A stretch of 64,000 bases of DNA, taken from the NCBI GenBank assembly GCA_965222115.1, contig CBDCTJ010000003.1, positions 32,001-96,000 on the forward strand, given 5' to 3'. Shown here piece after piece: positions 1-10,148 of this stretch. The first letter of the stretch is position 1. Every line of letters starts with the position of its first letter. This DNA comes from Planctomycetota bacterium. GTDB lineage: Bacteria; Planctomycetota; PLA2; JAEUHO01. A program made the position numbers and the translations under genes. Below the pieces are notes generated by a model, which made no database searches, was not told where the DNA came from, and worked only from the letters and a program-made list of their open reading frames with translations.

Positions 1-804
1 CGTGCCTCGTCGCGCCTCGGCAACCCAAAGCGTGCTGCCTTTGTGATTGCCCTCGGTGACATTGACCTGTGCATACGTAACATCGGGATGGACGGCAATG
101 CCGGTATTCGCGGGTAGCGTCCAGGGTGTCGTGGTCCACACCAGGAAGTCGCCTTCACCATCCGAGCGACGAAAGCGTACGAATACGGATGGATCCTGCA
201 CGTCTTGATAACCAAGACCGACCTCGTGGCTCGAAAGCGGTGTTGAACAACGGGGGCAGTAGGGCAGCACTTTGTGCCCGCGAAAGAGAATGTCTCGCCG
301 GTGAAACTCGGCAAGGATCCACCAGAGCGACTCCATATAGTCGCGCTTCAACGTGATGTAGGGATTGTCCTGGTCGCACCAGTAGCCCATACGCCAAGTG
401 AGTTCGTTCCAGTCTTTCAGGTACGAAAAGACCGAGTCGCGACATGCCTTGTTGAACTTCTCGACGCCGTACGCCTCGACGGCCTTCTTGTCCTTGAGCC
501 CCAGCGCTTTCTCGACCGAGATCTCAACTGGCAAACCGTGCGTGTCCCATCCCGCGCGGCGTTCCACCAAGTAGCCCTTCATGGTGTGCAGCCGACACGC
601 GAGATCTTTGACACTTCGCGCGAGCACGTGATGCATGCCTGGCTTGCCATTGGCCGTGGGCGGCCCCTCGTAAAACACCCAACGCTTGGCCCCCTCACGA
701 ATCTTCAAGCTGCGTTCGAAGGTCTTGTCCGTCTCCCAACGCTCAAGGCATTCCGCTTCCAGGGCCAGGAGATTGAGGGGTTTGATGTCGTCGCGAAAGG
801 GCAT
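1..804 (-). CDS. ileS: Isoleucyl-tRNA synthetase, type 2 (N-terminal part; runs off the window)
   Basis: Not in the ORF track because it is truncated. Manual translation from ATG 804 gives MPFRDDIK...WVFYEGPPTANGKPGMHHVLAR...GWDTHGLPVE...WTTTPWTLPAN, which are IleRS motifs. Confidence 0.95.
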   Translation of the reverse strand, partial: MPFRDDIKPLNLLALEAECLERWETDKTFERSLKIREGAKRWVFYEGPPTANGKPGMHHVLARSVKDLACRLHTMKGYLVERRAGWDTHGLPVEISVEKALGLKDKKAVEAYGVEKFNKACRDSVFSYLKDWNELTWRMGYWCDQDNPYITLKRDYMESLWWILAEFHRRDILFRGHKVLPYCPRCSTPLSSHEVGLGYQDVQDPSVFVRFRRSDGEGDFLVWTTTPWTLPANTGIAVHPDVTYAQVNVTEGNHKGSTLWVAEARRGT

Positions 805-940
805 GAGTCCGAAGTTTACGCGTGCCACGCGTGGCTACGCCGATGTTTCCAGGACTGTTACCACGGTCTTGGCGCCATTCCGCATGCCGTGCTCGCTCAC
901 TACGTAGCGACCCCACGATCCGGCGGGGAAGGCCGCCACG

Positions 941-1855
941 TTAGCGCTGCACTGCCGTTCGCGTTGACTCCGCAATGTGTGCTTGCAGATAGCCAAGCAG
1001 CAGATCAACGCGTCCTGCGTCGCTAAGTCGTCTACGTCGAATGGCATACATGGGCGCCGCGGGCAACGTCTCGAATGGAAGCCTTCGGAGGCCGTGAGTC
1101 CTGGCGATTGCATTGGGAAGCACAGCAAGCAATCGCCCCTCCGTGCATGCGCGTACGCCAGTTGCCATGTGATCCGTGTAGAGCGCGATGTGACGCTTGT
1201 GTCCAACGGGCCAGCCATCGTTGCTTTTTCCCTGAGCGTCGGGAACGGGCGCAATAAAGGAGTGGCGTTCGAGGTCTTCCGTGGAGACGCGGGGAGGATC
1301 AAAAAGCGGATGACCCGGTCCGCAGTAAACCCCGTTGCTCTCTTCACCCAGAAACAGGGTTTCAAGTTGCTCATGCTCGATTGAGATACTTTGGAGTACG
1401 AGATCAACAGTCCCCTGCAATAGGTCGTCGACGATGGCGCCCCTTGGAATCGTTCGCAGATACACAGAAAGTGCCGGGTACACAGCGCGCATCTGTTCCA
1501 ACACGGGCTCGACGTGTACCGGCGTGATAACACCGCCACTTAGAATTCGAAGGGGCCCCACAAATGTCTCGCCACGCACATCCAAGACGCCGTCATGAAT
1601 CAATCGCATGCTGTCGCGAACGCGCGCAAGGAAGCGTTCGCCGGACGAATTCAAACGGAGTCGCCGCCCCTCTCGGATGAAGAGCGACCGCCCCAACTCC
1701 CTTTCCAAGAGGCCGATCGTGCGCGAGAGCGCCGATGGAGTGACAAAGAGAATCTTCGAGGCTGACGGCAGGTGCTCCGTCTCTGCAACCGTTCGAAAGG
1801 CGGGGATCCAATTCCAGATTCGCCCGGTTATCGCCTTCGGCTCCTGCGTATTCAT
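941..1855 (-). CDS. LysR-family transcriptional regulator
   Basis: N-terminal HTH (FRTVAETEHLPSASKILFVTPSALSRTIGLLERELGRSLFIREGRRLRL), 304 aa, substrate-binding domain. Confidence 0.93.
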   Translation of the reverse strand: MNTQEPKAITGRIWNWIPAFRTVAETEHLPSASKILFVTPSALSRTIGLLERELGRSLFIREGRRLRLNSSGERFLARVRDSMRLIHDGVLDVRGETFVGPLRILSGGVITPVHVEPVLEQMRAVYPALSVYLRTIPRGAIVDDLLQGTVDLVLQSISIEHEQLETLFLGEESNGVYCGPGHPLFDPPRVSTEDLERHSFIAPVPDAQGKSNDGWPVGHKRHIALYTDHMATGVRACTEGRLLAVLPNAIARTHGLRRLPFETLPAAPMYAIRRRRLSDAGRVDLLLGYLQAHIAESTRTAVQR

Positions 1856-1959
1856 TCGGATATTCTCAACAAATCATTCGAAAGATCAACATGATTGGAT
1901 CGATATTTTGCCCTAGCTTCCTTGCGGGCCCGGGCAAACGGCGAATCACGAGGATAACG

Positions 1960-2856
1960 ATGAACGGTAAACGGCTGGCCGCGATGGCCATGGCATTCCT
2001 AGTAGGTGGTGTCTCTGCGGGATGCGGAGGCAGTAGTAGCAGCAACAACACGGCGCCCGCAGCCATGCGAACGCTCGAGTGGAATCTCGCCGGGCTAGAA
2101 ACACTCGCGGCGGGCTTCGAGTACGAGGGCTGGATCATTGTCGGTGGCACGCCCGTGTCCACCGGCAAGTTCAATGTGGATGCGACGGGTACGCCGTCAC
2201 AGACAAGCACCATGATCAGTGAAGCCGATGCACTCGCTGCTACGGCATTCGTACTGTCCATTGAGCCCGTGCCCGATCCCGATCCAAATCCCGCTGCGAC
2301 CAAGATCCTCGGGGGCGACTTTGCTAACGGACAAGCTACGCTCGGCGTCGAACACCCCGCGGCGCTGGGTGATGACTTTTCGGGCGCCGAAGGACGCTTC
2401 ATTCTCGCTGCCCCCTCGGATCCTGGTGGAGGAACCGACACGCAAGGTATTTGGTGGGTGATTCCGGCCGGCGAAACGGATCCGGCATTGGTCCTACCAA
2501 CGCTACCGGTGGGTTGGGCCTATGAGGGCTGGGTGGTTACCAATACAGGGCCTGTGTCTACGGGTCGCTTCACGGACATCAATGCTGCCGACTCCGATGG
2601 TGCTGGTCCGGCCGCGGGCGCGGCACCCGGAAACGCTCCCGCAGTGCCCGGTCAAGACTTCATCAATCCAGCACTTGATCTTGTTGGCCTTGCTGCCGTG
2701 ATCTCCATTGAGCCGGAACCCGATGACAGCTCCATGCCTTTCGCGCTCAAGCCGCTCTTGACGCCCACGATTACGCCGGACACGGCACCCGTGCGGCAAG
2801 ATATGGGCAACAATGCAGCCGCGACCAATCCCACCGGGACCGCGATGATCAACTGA
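1960..2856 (+). CDS. Lipoprotein with two tandem repeated beta-domains (RskA C-terminal-like, often annotated 'anti-sigma factor')
   Basis: Signal peptide and lipobox VSAGC from ATG 1960. Two repeats of YEGW..(P)VSTG(K/R)F...SIEPxPD. Divergent from the LysR gene. Confidence 0.7.
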   Translation: MNGKRLAAMAMAFLVGGVSAGCGGSSSSNNTAPAAMRTLEWNLAGLETLAAGFEYEGWIIVGGTPVSTGKFNVDATGTPSQTSTMISEADALAATAFVLSIEPVPDPDPNPAATKILGGDFANGQATLGVEHPAALGDDFSGAEGRFILAAPSDPGGGTDTQGIWWVIPAGETDPALVLPTLPVGWAYEGWVVTNTGPVSTGRFTDINAADSDGAGPAAGAAPGNAPAVPGQDFINPALDLVGLAAVISIEPEPDDSSMPFALKPLLTPTITPDTAPVRQDMGNNAAATNPTGTAMIN

Positions 2857-2881
2857 GCGCAAACTTGATAGCGCATATACC

Positions 2882-2954
2882 GCCACGCGTTATGCACGCG
2901 TGGCCTAAACGATGTGTCGTCCGCCTTCTCGGCGGGCGGCGCTTCTCGTTTTTT
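2882..2954. terminator. Double hairpin / probable terminator between convergent genes
   Basis: GCCACGCGT-N5-ACGCGTGGC (2882-2904) and a GC-rich stem at 2916-2940 followed by a T-run. Confidence 0.55.
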
Positions 2955-2974
2955 CGGTTTCGGACTCGTACGGA

Positions 2975-3718
2975 TTAACGCGTAGCCGTCAACGCTCGCC
3001 GTTTCGCCACATCCACAAACGTCTTGAACAGCGCCTTGGTCAGGTCGTTATCGCGCATACGCTCCGGATGCCACTGCACGCCAATGCAGAATGGATGCTC
3101 CGGATCTTCGATGGCTTCTACCACGCCGTCTGCGGCCGTGGCGCTCACAACATAGCCGCGACCGACTTTGTCAACGGCTTGATGATGGAATGAGTTCACA
3201 CGCACTTTGGACTCGCCCACAATGGTTCCCAACCGTGTGCCGTCTTTGACGTGAATCGAGTGGCTCAATGCATTGGGTGGCACCGTTTTTTGCGCGTGCT
3301 GATGATGGCCTTCTACATCGCTTGGAATGTCTTGAATCAAACTTCCGCCCGCGGCGACGTTGATCACTTGCACGCCGCGGCAGATTGCAAAGATGGGTAA
3401 GCCCAAACGGCGCGCACCGTTGGCGAGCGCGACTTCAAACGCGTCGCGCCCGCCGTCCACTTCACCGAGTTCTGGATGCGGCTCTTCTCCGTAGGTGGCG
3501 GGGTCCACGTCCACACCACCACTCAGCAAGAGGCCATCCAACGACTCAAGCAATTTGTCTGCATACTTCGAGTGAATGTTGGGAAGCAGATAGGGAATGC
3601 CTCCCGCATCGAGCACGCAATCGACGTAGTACTGGGGCAGGCAAAATCGACGAACGCCGCGTGTGCCGGGCAGCAGCAAGGTTGATACGGAGAGTCCAAT
3701 TACCGGTCCCACAAGCAC
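2975..3718 (-). CDS. Gamma-glutamyl-gamma-aminobutyrate hydrolase-like class I glutamine amidotransferase (peptidase C26)
   Basis: GLLLSGGVDVDP, AICRGVQ, VNSFHHQAV and GVQWHPE motifs. Confidence 0.92.
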   Translation of the reverse strand: MLVGPVIGLSVSTLLLPGTRGVRRFCLPQYYVDCVLDAGGIPYLLPNIHSKYADKLLESLDGLLLSGGVDVDPATYGEEPHPELGEVDGGRDAFEVALANGARRLGLPIFAICRGVQVINVAAGGSLIQDIPSDVEGHHQHAQKTVPPNALSHSIHVKDGTRLGTIVGESKVRVNSFHHQAVDKVGRGYVVSATAADGVVEAIEDPEHPFCIGVQWHPERMRDNDLTKALFKTFVDVAKRRALTATR

Positions 3719-3833
3719 TCCTTAGGGCGGCGGCTAGGATTCAGGAACGTGGGTTCCACCTGGGCGCCCGATTGCGTCGGGTCAAAGTACCTCAATTTCA
3801 TCGCAAGTCCGCGATATCTGGCATGATGGAAGT

Positions 3834-5069
3834 GTGACAACGACCGCACACACCCCTTGCCGCATCGACCTCGCTGGCGGCACGCTCGATATCTGGCCCA
3901 TTCCCCACGTGCTCCCCGAGCCCGCCGTCACGGTCAACGTCGCGCTTGACTTGCCCGCGCGCACGCGCGTAACACGACTCAGTGGCGATGGCGCTCGGTC
4001 ACAAGAGATTCAGCTCGAGAGCATTGACCTCGGGCTTAGTGAAACCTTTCCATCTCGTGACGCGCTCGACATCGCCATTCGTGAGAAACGCGCTCAACTT
4101 CCCCTCCTGGGACGCGCTGTCCTTGCCGTGCGCGGGGCAGAAGGGATCGCCATCGAGACCGAGGCCGGGAGTCCGCAAGGCGCAGGGCTTGGTGGGTCCT
4201 CCGCGCTCCTTTGCAGTCTCTTGGGAGCGCTCTACCGCGCCCTTCGCTCCGACCCACATTCGCCCCATCTGACCAAGCGGCCTCGCGAGCGAGAGATTCA
4301 AGCACTCGCTCAAAATATCGAAACGAGTTTGTTAGGCACGCCCACGGGCTATCAGGACTATTACCCGCCCCTCTTTGGAGGCTGCTTAGCGCTAGAGGGA
4401 TCGCTGTCCGGCATTCAGGTGGAGCCGCTGTCGGTCAACTTGCGATCGCTGGCGCGCCGATTGCGGTTGGTCTATACCGGCGTGCCCCATGTGTCCGGCA
4501 TCACGAACTGGGGCGTCGTACGGGCTTACTTCGACGGTGAACGAAAGACTGTGGATGCACTTCATCGCCTAGCGCGCATTGCCCGCGACGTGCGCGACGC
4601 GCTGCGTGTAGGCGCACTCGACTTCGCACTTCACGGCGTCATCGCCGACGGCCGAGAACGATTGGCCATGGCACCCGGCATATCGACGTCGGAAATTGAG
4701 GAGTTCGATCGCGTCATGTGTGCCGCGGGCGCTATGGGTACAAAAGTCATGGGCGCGGGGGGTGGTGGCTGTGTGTTGGTGCTGCTCCCCGATCGTGAAG
4801 AAGTCATTCAAAGCGTGGACGAGGCCCTTGATCGAGGACCGTGGCAGCGGATCGACGTGGCACTCAGTAAAACGGGCCTCACGGTTGTAGACGAAAACGA
4901 CGCGTCGCGCGAAAAACGTGACCACGGTTCTCGGATGATCTCCGGCGCGTCGCCCTCCACGTCGATTCGAAGCGGAGACGAAACGAGTCCGGCAACGCAT
5001 GAGGCAGACGTGCCTGACACTCCCACAAGCAAAACGCGCCGACTCTTTCCAGGCGAGCCTCCCGCGTAG
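3834..5069 (+). CDS. GHMP-family sugar kinase (HddA-like)
   Basis: PCRIDLAGGTLD, PQGAGLGGSS, GYQDYY and KVMGAGGGG motifs. Disordered C-terminal tail. Confidence 0.85.
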   Translation: MTTTAHTPCRIDLAGGTLDIWPIPHVLPEPAVTVNVALDLPARTRVTRLSGDGARSQEIQLESIDLGLSETFPSRDALDIAIREKRAQLPLLGRAVLAVRGAEGIAIETEAGSPQGAGLGGSSALLCSLLGALYRALRSDPHSPHLTKRPREREIQALAQNIETSLLGTPTGYQDYYPPLFGGCLALEGSLSGIQVEPLSVNLRSLARRLRLVYTGVPHVSGITNWGVVRAYFDGERKTVDALHRLARIARDVRDALRVGALDFALHGVIADGRERLAMAPGISTSEIEEFDRVMCAAGAMGTKVMGAGGGGCVLVLLPDREEVIQSVDEALDRGPWQRIDVALSKTGLTVVDENDASREKRDHGSRMISGASPSTSIRSGDETSPATHEADVPDTPTSKTRRLFPGEPPA

Positions 5070-5642
5070 GTGCATACCGAAGACGTTTACGCCTCGTTTC
5101 GCTACAGAACAAAGTGGTTCGAGCTACTACTCTTTTGTCTATGGGCGCTACTGCCCATCGCACTGCTGATTGCTCGAATTCAACTCATTGCCGAGGGACG
5201 CGGCCTTCACATGTGGGGCATTGACGCCGTCATCTATCCGCTTTTCATCCTTTGGTTTCTCCGCATCCGACGTCTCCGATCCGGCCGCGGCGTCACGCTT
5301 CGACTCTCCTCCGATGCTTTGACGGTTGAACAGACAGGCCGTCCCGGGTGGTTGGATTTACTGAAGGGTCGCATTGCGGGCGAAAATGATGCCAAGCGTG
5401 ACAAATGGATCGTGCATCGATTTGCAAGAGCCGACGTGGCCTGCGTCGCCGTTGACAAGTACCACGAGCCTGACACGTCAACTCACTTCGGTCGCTTCAT
5501 TGCATTCGTTTCACTCAAAGGCCACGTCCAGCACAAGTTGTTCATGATTGACGAAATCAAACTCGTTGACGGCATCCAACTCAGTGAGTTCATCAAGACC
5601 GTGGATGCGTGGGTTGAACCACAGCGCGAATCGACCGACTAG
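5070..5642 (+). CDS. Hypothetical membrane protein (two N-terminal TM helices)
   Basis: GTG directly after the kinase stop codon. Two hydrophobic segments. Confidence 0.6.
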   Translation: MHTEDVYASFRYRTKWFELLLFCLWALLPIALLIARIQLIAEGRGLHMWGIDAVIYPLFILWFLRIRRLRSGRGVTLRLSSDALTVEQTGRPGWLDLLKGRIAGENDAKRDKWIVHRFARADVACVAVDKYHEPDTSTHFGRFIAFVSLKGHVQHKLFMIDEIKLVDGIQLSEFIKTVDAWVEPQRESTD

Positions 5643-8600
5643 CGCGGGGGTAGTTTGAGGACTGGTACTTCGCCAACCGTCCATCGAACGGCGGGACCGC
5701 GAACGGGATGCTTGGGATCTGCGTAGTCGATTACATAGACATCCAGTGGGCCGGGTGGTACGCGCTCAAACTCGAATGTTCCGTCTTCGGCGATTTTCGC
5801 GTGATTGTTGTCGAGGGGCACATTGGTGGTGACCACGATCCGCGCATCTTCTCGCCTGCCCGTAAGGTCAATGCGCCCCCGCAACGGTACAGCGTCCACG
5901 ACTGGAATCGTCAGTTGCTGTCCGTGGGCAGGACGCACGTCTGTAAGCCAACCGAATTTCCCTTCGCCGAGTCGTCCCCACAGAAACATCCATCTCGCCG
6001 CGGCGGGCTGTCCTATCAACTTATGAGCTTGCGGTTCGAAATCCGATACTGCCGTGTTGCTTCCTCCCACCAACTGGCCGTCAGCACTATGGGCCTTGTA
6101 GCAGAGCATCGAATATTTGCCTTTGGGTGGAACAGGCCTTCCCAGTCGTACAGAAAAATCAATGCCTGGATCGAGTACAAATGTCACGTTCGCATCGCCT
6201 GGACGAAGTCGTATTGTCTTTGACTTCATTGCTCCGCGGATCACTTGGGCCATGACGCCCTCGCGCAGAATCTTGCGACTTTCGAATCGACCGGTCTCAT
6301 CGCTACGCGCGAGCGTAGTAACCATGCCTGAAGACGCGCGCGTTGTTATGCGAACTTTTGGAAATGCCGTACCATCGGGCTTGCGCACGAAGCCACTGGC
6401 GGTGAAGTATCGATTCACGACAATGCGTTCGTTCCGTGGCGACCAATCGCGAAGCGTCTTGGACTGCACCGGTGATTTGAACGACTGCTTGCCAACATGA
6501 AGTCGATACGTGGCCTCGGGGTCCAACCCTACGAGCGTCACCATTCCTTTGCTGTCGGTCAACGTACGTGCTTCGTCACGCCACACAAAAGGATCTCTTC
6601 GATCTGAACGCACCGCTTGTACAACTACGGATTCCAGCGGTTGACCGTTGTCATCCACCACGTGTATGTCGGCGGTCACGGCGGCGCGGAGTCTCAGCGT
6701 CACACTGTTCGTTCCTCGCTCCACAACGGTCCTTGGATCCGGGGCAATCCCCGAAGTCCCCTTGACGTGTAACGCATAACGATACGGACCCAGCCCTTCG
6801 ATGCGAAAGGCCCCTTGCTTGCCGACATACGTATGGCCGTGGGCTATCGGAAACTCTACTTCTTCGCCATCTCTGGAGACCAATGGACGCGCCTCTATCT
6901 GCGCACCACGTTCTGCGGGTTTGTCGCCAATCATGACTGTGCCTGAGACAACGCGCTCGGGGTGCACGCGCACGCTGTTGTCATCCGGCTTGCGCGTTCC
7001 AGCAGGAATGATCACCGCGCCCAATGCCATCCGCTTACTACTGCCGTCTCGAAAGTTGTAGATGCTCACAATGTCGGGTGGAACGCCCCCATAGCCTTCG
7101 TATGTTTCCTGCCACTCAGACTCGACGCTACTCGTGCGTTGGCCGTTTTTGCCCCACGTTGTGCATGTCGCGTGATCGACGCGAATGCCGTCCGGCGTCT
7201 CGAGTTGCATCCGGACCGTCACGCGATCGCGAGCCTCTGCGTCCTCTTTGGATTCGGCGCGCTTCCAATCCCAGGGAATCTCAATCTGAACGTCTTGGTC
7301 GCCCGCGTCCGCTTCGACGCGCCCCTTTCGTATCCGACCGTCGGAACAGTGCGCCTCAACGGACACGGTCCAGCGACCCGGTTGCAGACCATGCACAACG
7401 AACGAATGTGGGACTGTGTTCACGTCGAGTTGCGTATCGTTTTCCGCATGAGGATGCCCTTGATGTGCCGTGACGCTGGCGAAATAAATGCCTCCCGGCT
7501 GTAGGCCATGGGGGGGAAATCGAACCACACCGCGAATCGACTTTCCGGTGCGCACGGTGATATTCACCGATTGGATTGCTGAGTCCGATGGCTCCAACCA
7601 CGTAGTTCTCTCGCTGGTACTGAGAAGATGCTTCCCGTACACTCGCACGCCGAGTTCCCCATGGGGCAGTCCAATGAGGCGCGCCACACCCTCTGGGCCA
7701 GTTACTGCGCCACCGGCTATTGTTGCATAACCACGCTTGCCCGTCTTCAGGACGGGCCGTACGACAACACCCGCGATCGGAACATCTTGATCCTTGTCGA
7801 TCACGTGCACGTGAATCTCACGGTTCAACCGAATGCGACGCGTGACCAACCGTACGTCACGAGCACCGGCTTCAATCGGATGCGTAGGCCCCTTCATGTG
7901 GCGCAGCGCATGCTCGGCAACGATGTGCGGACCTCGCATGGAAACAGCGTGGAGTGTGCCGGGTAGCACAGACTGAATAACAAAGCTCCCGTCTTCGAGC
8001 GTAGCTGTGCTTGGCGTTTCTCGAACAAAACGATCATCCCAGCGTCGATCGGCATGATGAGGCGCAGCAGTCACGTGGACACCTTGGACGCCACGTCCTT
8101 CCTCATCGACAACGGCTCCTGCGATCGTCTCCAGTCGCTCAACCGTGAGCAATACGTCGTCCGTTGATTCCGTATCCACGACGAACGGATTCCGCCCTCC
8201 GGGTGAAGCACCTGCCAACTCAATCGATCCCCAGCCGTTCCCGTAAGCGAACGCCACCAATACATAGCCTTCGGCCGTAGTACGCGGTGCACGAAACGCG
8301 CCATCCGGGCCGCTGACGACTCTGTGTTTCTGCTGATAACTGGCAAATCGCCCCGATCGGCAGATTCCTATTCGCACAGGAACATCAGGGACTGGATTGC
8401 CTTTGCGGTCGACGACGCGTCCGTGTAACTCGGGTGCACGACGCAGACGAAACGTAAGTTCGCCTTCGGCTTCTTTGAATTCCCGCGTGACGCTCTCGAA
8501 TCCTGGGCATGAAGCGCTGATCGTAATCTGCCCGTCGTGATTGAACGTGTCGACGGCGAACGAACCGTTTGCGTCCACGTCAATGCCAAGACGCTCCACA

Positions 8601-10054
8601 TTCGGTCCGTACATCCGTGAGGTCGAGTTGTTCGCGCAGGAGAGACTGATTCGCGCCTCGCCAAGCGGCGTATCATCCGACGCGTCAACGACGCTTCCTG
8701 CAACTCGGGCCCCCTTGCGGCCCATGACAAAGTGATGAGCATCGGATTGAGACAGATCGATGGGAGCTCGACGAGTGTGTCCGCCAGGTGTACCGATGAT
8801 GATCCATGCTCTCGTTGCAGGAACACCCGCCAATGTGAACACGCCTTGTGAGTCGGTTTCTCCGAACAACACACCTTTGCTGCGATCGCCCTTTTCTTGA
8901 TCCGAGAGCTCAATTCGAAAGGGGAATGACTGCGGCCCGCCGTTCGCCTGTTCGACCTGCAATGTGAATCGAGCCGGCCCAGCGGGTAGCGACAGGGAAC
9001 CGTCTTCGTACAGACCATCCGCCGCGACCGAGACTCGACGCACGAGTACCGCGCGCTCGGCAATCTGCGTTGAAAGCAGGTAGGAACCCGCGGGAACTCG
9101 ATCGAAATCAAAGCGACCGTTGCGACTGGAAGTTACGGCGCGATCCGGAGGTCGAGCAAGTGCGCTATAGACCTCAGGCGATTCGGCGAGTTGCTGATGC
9201 GACGTAGTTGACTCTCGCTTCATTCGTCGGAGTTCGACGCGCACCGGTAATTGTTTGGATCCGCGGCGTGCCCAGCCAGCAATGCGGGAGTGTCCGTTCA
9301 GCTCATGCGCTCGATCTGATACTGGCTCCCCTTTGGGCACCCCGGTGAGTCCCGGCGATGGCGATTCGTCGGGTTTCTGAGCCGTGGTCTCTACCCGGGC
9401 TGTGTCCGACACTCGGTCTTGGTTGTGGTCAAACCACCACCAAACGCCACCAATCGCCACGGCGCACGCACAAACAGCGCCCACCGCGATCGACGTGCTA
9501 CTCGTCGACGATGCCGCGCTCACGTTCAATGACGATGTGAGCAGCGGTACCCAGCCCGCCCGCCCACCGTGCTGCGCGTCCATTCGTTTGCGAAGTAGAG
9601 CGAGGCCGCGCTTTACGCGCGTGCGAGCCGTCTCTGTGGGAATCCCTAGCCGAACTGCCATCTCCCGAGGCGGAAGGCCTTCGAAGAAGCGCAGCACCAA
9701 TGCGTCGCGATACGGTTCGCGCAACGTGAGGAGCGCATCCATCACGTGTCTACGCATCGCCTCTTGTGCGGCTAGGTCCTCAGGACTCGGTGCAACAGGT
9801 CGCTGGTCTTCGAATCGACGGTCGAGACGGCGCTCTCTCGACCGCCGTCGATATGCACCTGCCGACTTTCGCCGAACGATTCCGCCGAGCCATGCGCGCA
9901 ATCGAGATGGATCGTCTGGCCGTGAACGGGATGCGACCAGCCACGTATCTTGCTCGACATCGTCCGCGAATTCTGGTCCAGCGAGGGCCAGCGCGAGCGA
10001 TCGCACGAACGTCGCGTGCGAAAGGGCATCTTCGATAGACGGGGGTTGAACCAT
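5639..10054 (-). CDS. ECF sigma-70 factor fused via a TM helix to a large extracytoplasmic region of carboxypeptidase-regulatory-like beta-sandwich repeats
   Basis: Sigma2 (ADDVEQDTWL...LRAWLGGIVRR), sigma4 (LREPYRDALVLRFFEGL...TARTRVKRGL), TM helix ending GGVWWWF, repeated GxVVD..GxP motifs. Confidence 0.88.
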   Translation of the reverse strand: MVQPPSIEDALSHATFVRSLALALAGPEFADDVEQDTWLVASRSRPDDPSRLRAWLGGIVRRKSAGAYRRRSRERRLDRRFEDQRPVAPSPEDLAAQEAMRRHVMDALLTLREPYRDALVLRFFEGLPPREMAVRLGIPTETARTRVKRGLALLRKRMDAQHGGRAGWVPLLTSSLNVSAASSTSSTSIAVGAVCACAVAIGGVWWWFDHNQDRVSDTARVETTAQKPDESPSPGLTGVPKGEPVSDRAHELNGHSRIAGWARRGSKQLPVRVELRRMKRESTTSHQQLAESPEVYSALARPPDRAVTSSRNGRFDFDRVPAGSYLLSTQIAERAVLVRRVSVAADGLYEDGSLSLPAGPARFTLQVEQANGGPQSFPFRIELSDQEKGDRSKGVLFGETDSQGVFTLAGVPATRAWIIIGTPGGHTRRAPIDLSQSDAHHFVMGRKGARVAGSVVDASDDTPLGEARISLSCANNSTSRMYGPNVERLGIDVDANGSFAVDTFNHDGQITISASCPGFESVTREFKEAEGELTFRLRRAPELHGRVVDRKGNPVPDVPVRIGICRSGRFASYQQKHRVVSGPDGAFRAPRTTAEGYVLVAFAYGNGWGSIELAGASPGGRNPFVVDTESTDDVLLTVERLETIAGAVVDEEGRGVQGVHVTAAPHHADRRWDDRFVRETPSTATLEDGSFVIQSVLPGTLHAVSMRGPHIVAEHALRHMKGPTHPIEAGARDVRLVTRRIRLNREIHVHVIDKDQDVPIAGVVVRPVLKTGKRGYATIAGGAVTGPEGVARLIGLPHGELGVRVYGKHLLSTSERTTWLEPSDSAIQSVNITVRTGKSIRGVVRFPPHGLQPGGIYFASVTAHQGHPHAENDTQLDVNTVPHSFVVHGLQPGRWTVSVEAHCSDGRIRKGRVEADAGDQDVQIEIPWDWKRAESKEDAEARDRVTVRMQLETPDGIRVDHATCTTWGKNGQRTSSVESEWQETYEGYGGVPPDIVSIYNFRDGSSKRMALGAVIIPAGTRKPDDNSVRVHPERVVSGTVMIGDKPAERGAQIEARPLVSRDGEEVEFPIAHGHTYVGKQGAFRIEGLGPYRYALHVKGTSGIAPDPRTVVERGTNSVTLRLRAAVTADIHVVDDNGQPLESVVVQAVRSDRRDPFVWRDEARTLTDSKGMVTLVGLDPEATYRLHVGKQSFKSPVQSKTLRDWSPRNERIVVNRYFTASGFVRKPDGTAFPKVRITTRASSGMVTTLARSDETGRFESRKILREGVMAQVIRGAMKSKTIRLRPGDANVTFVLDPGIDFSVRLGRPVPPKGKYSMLCYKAHSADGQLVGGSNTAVSDFEPQAHKLIGQPAAARWMFLWGRLGEGKFGWLTDVRPAHGQQLTIPVVDAVPLRGRIDLTGRREDARIVVTTNVPLDNNHAKIAEDGTFEFERVPPGPLDVYVIDYADPKHPVRGPAVRWTVGEVPVLKLPPR

Positions 10055-10148
10055 GAGTAACGGCTCCCTTCCTATCGTAGTTGCGCGGAGCGTCCTTTTC
10101 GGTTCAGGATTCTTCGAAAAAAATCGTGTGGCTTGGAAGGATCGGACC

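Noticed and set aside
805-940. T-box or other leader RNA upstream of ileS (also checked the thrS, aspS and purL leaders)
   Set aside because: No T-box, riboswitch or tRNA consensus was recognisable by eye. A covariance-model search would be decisive.
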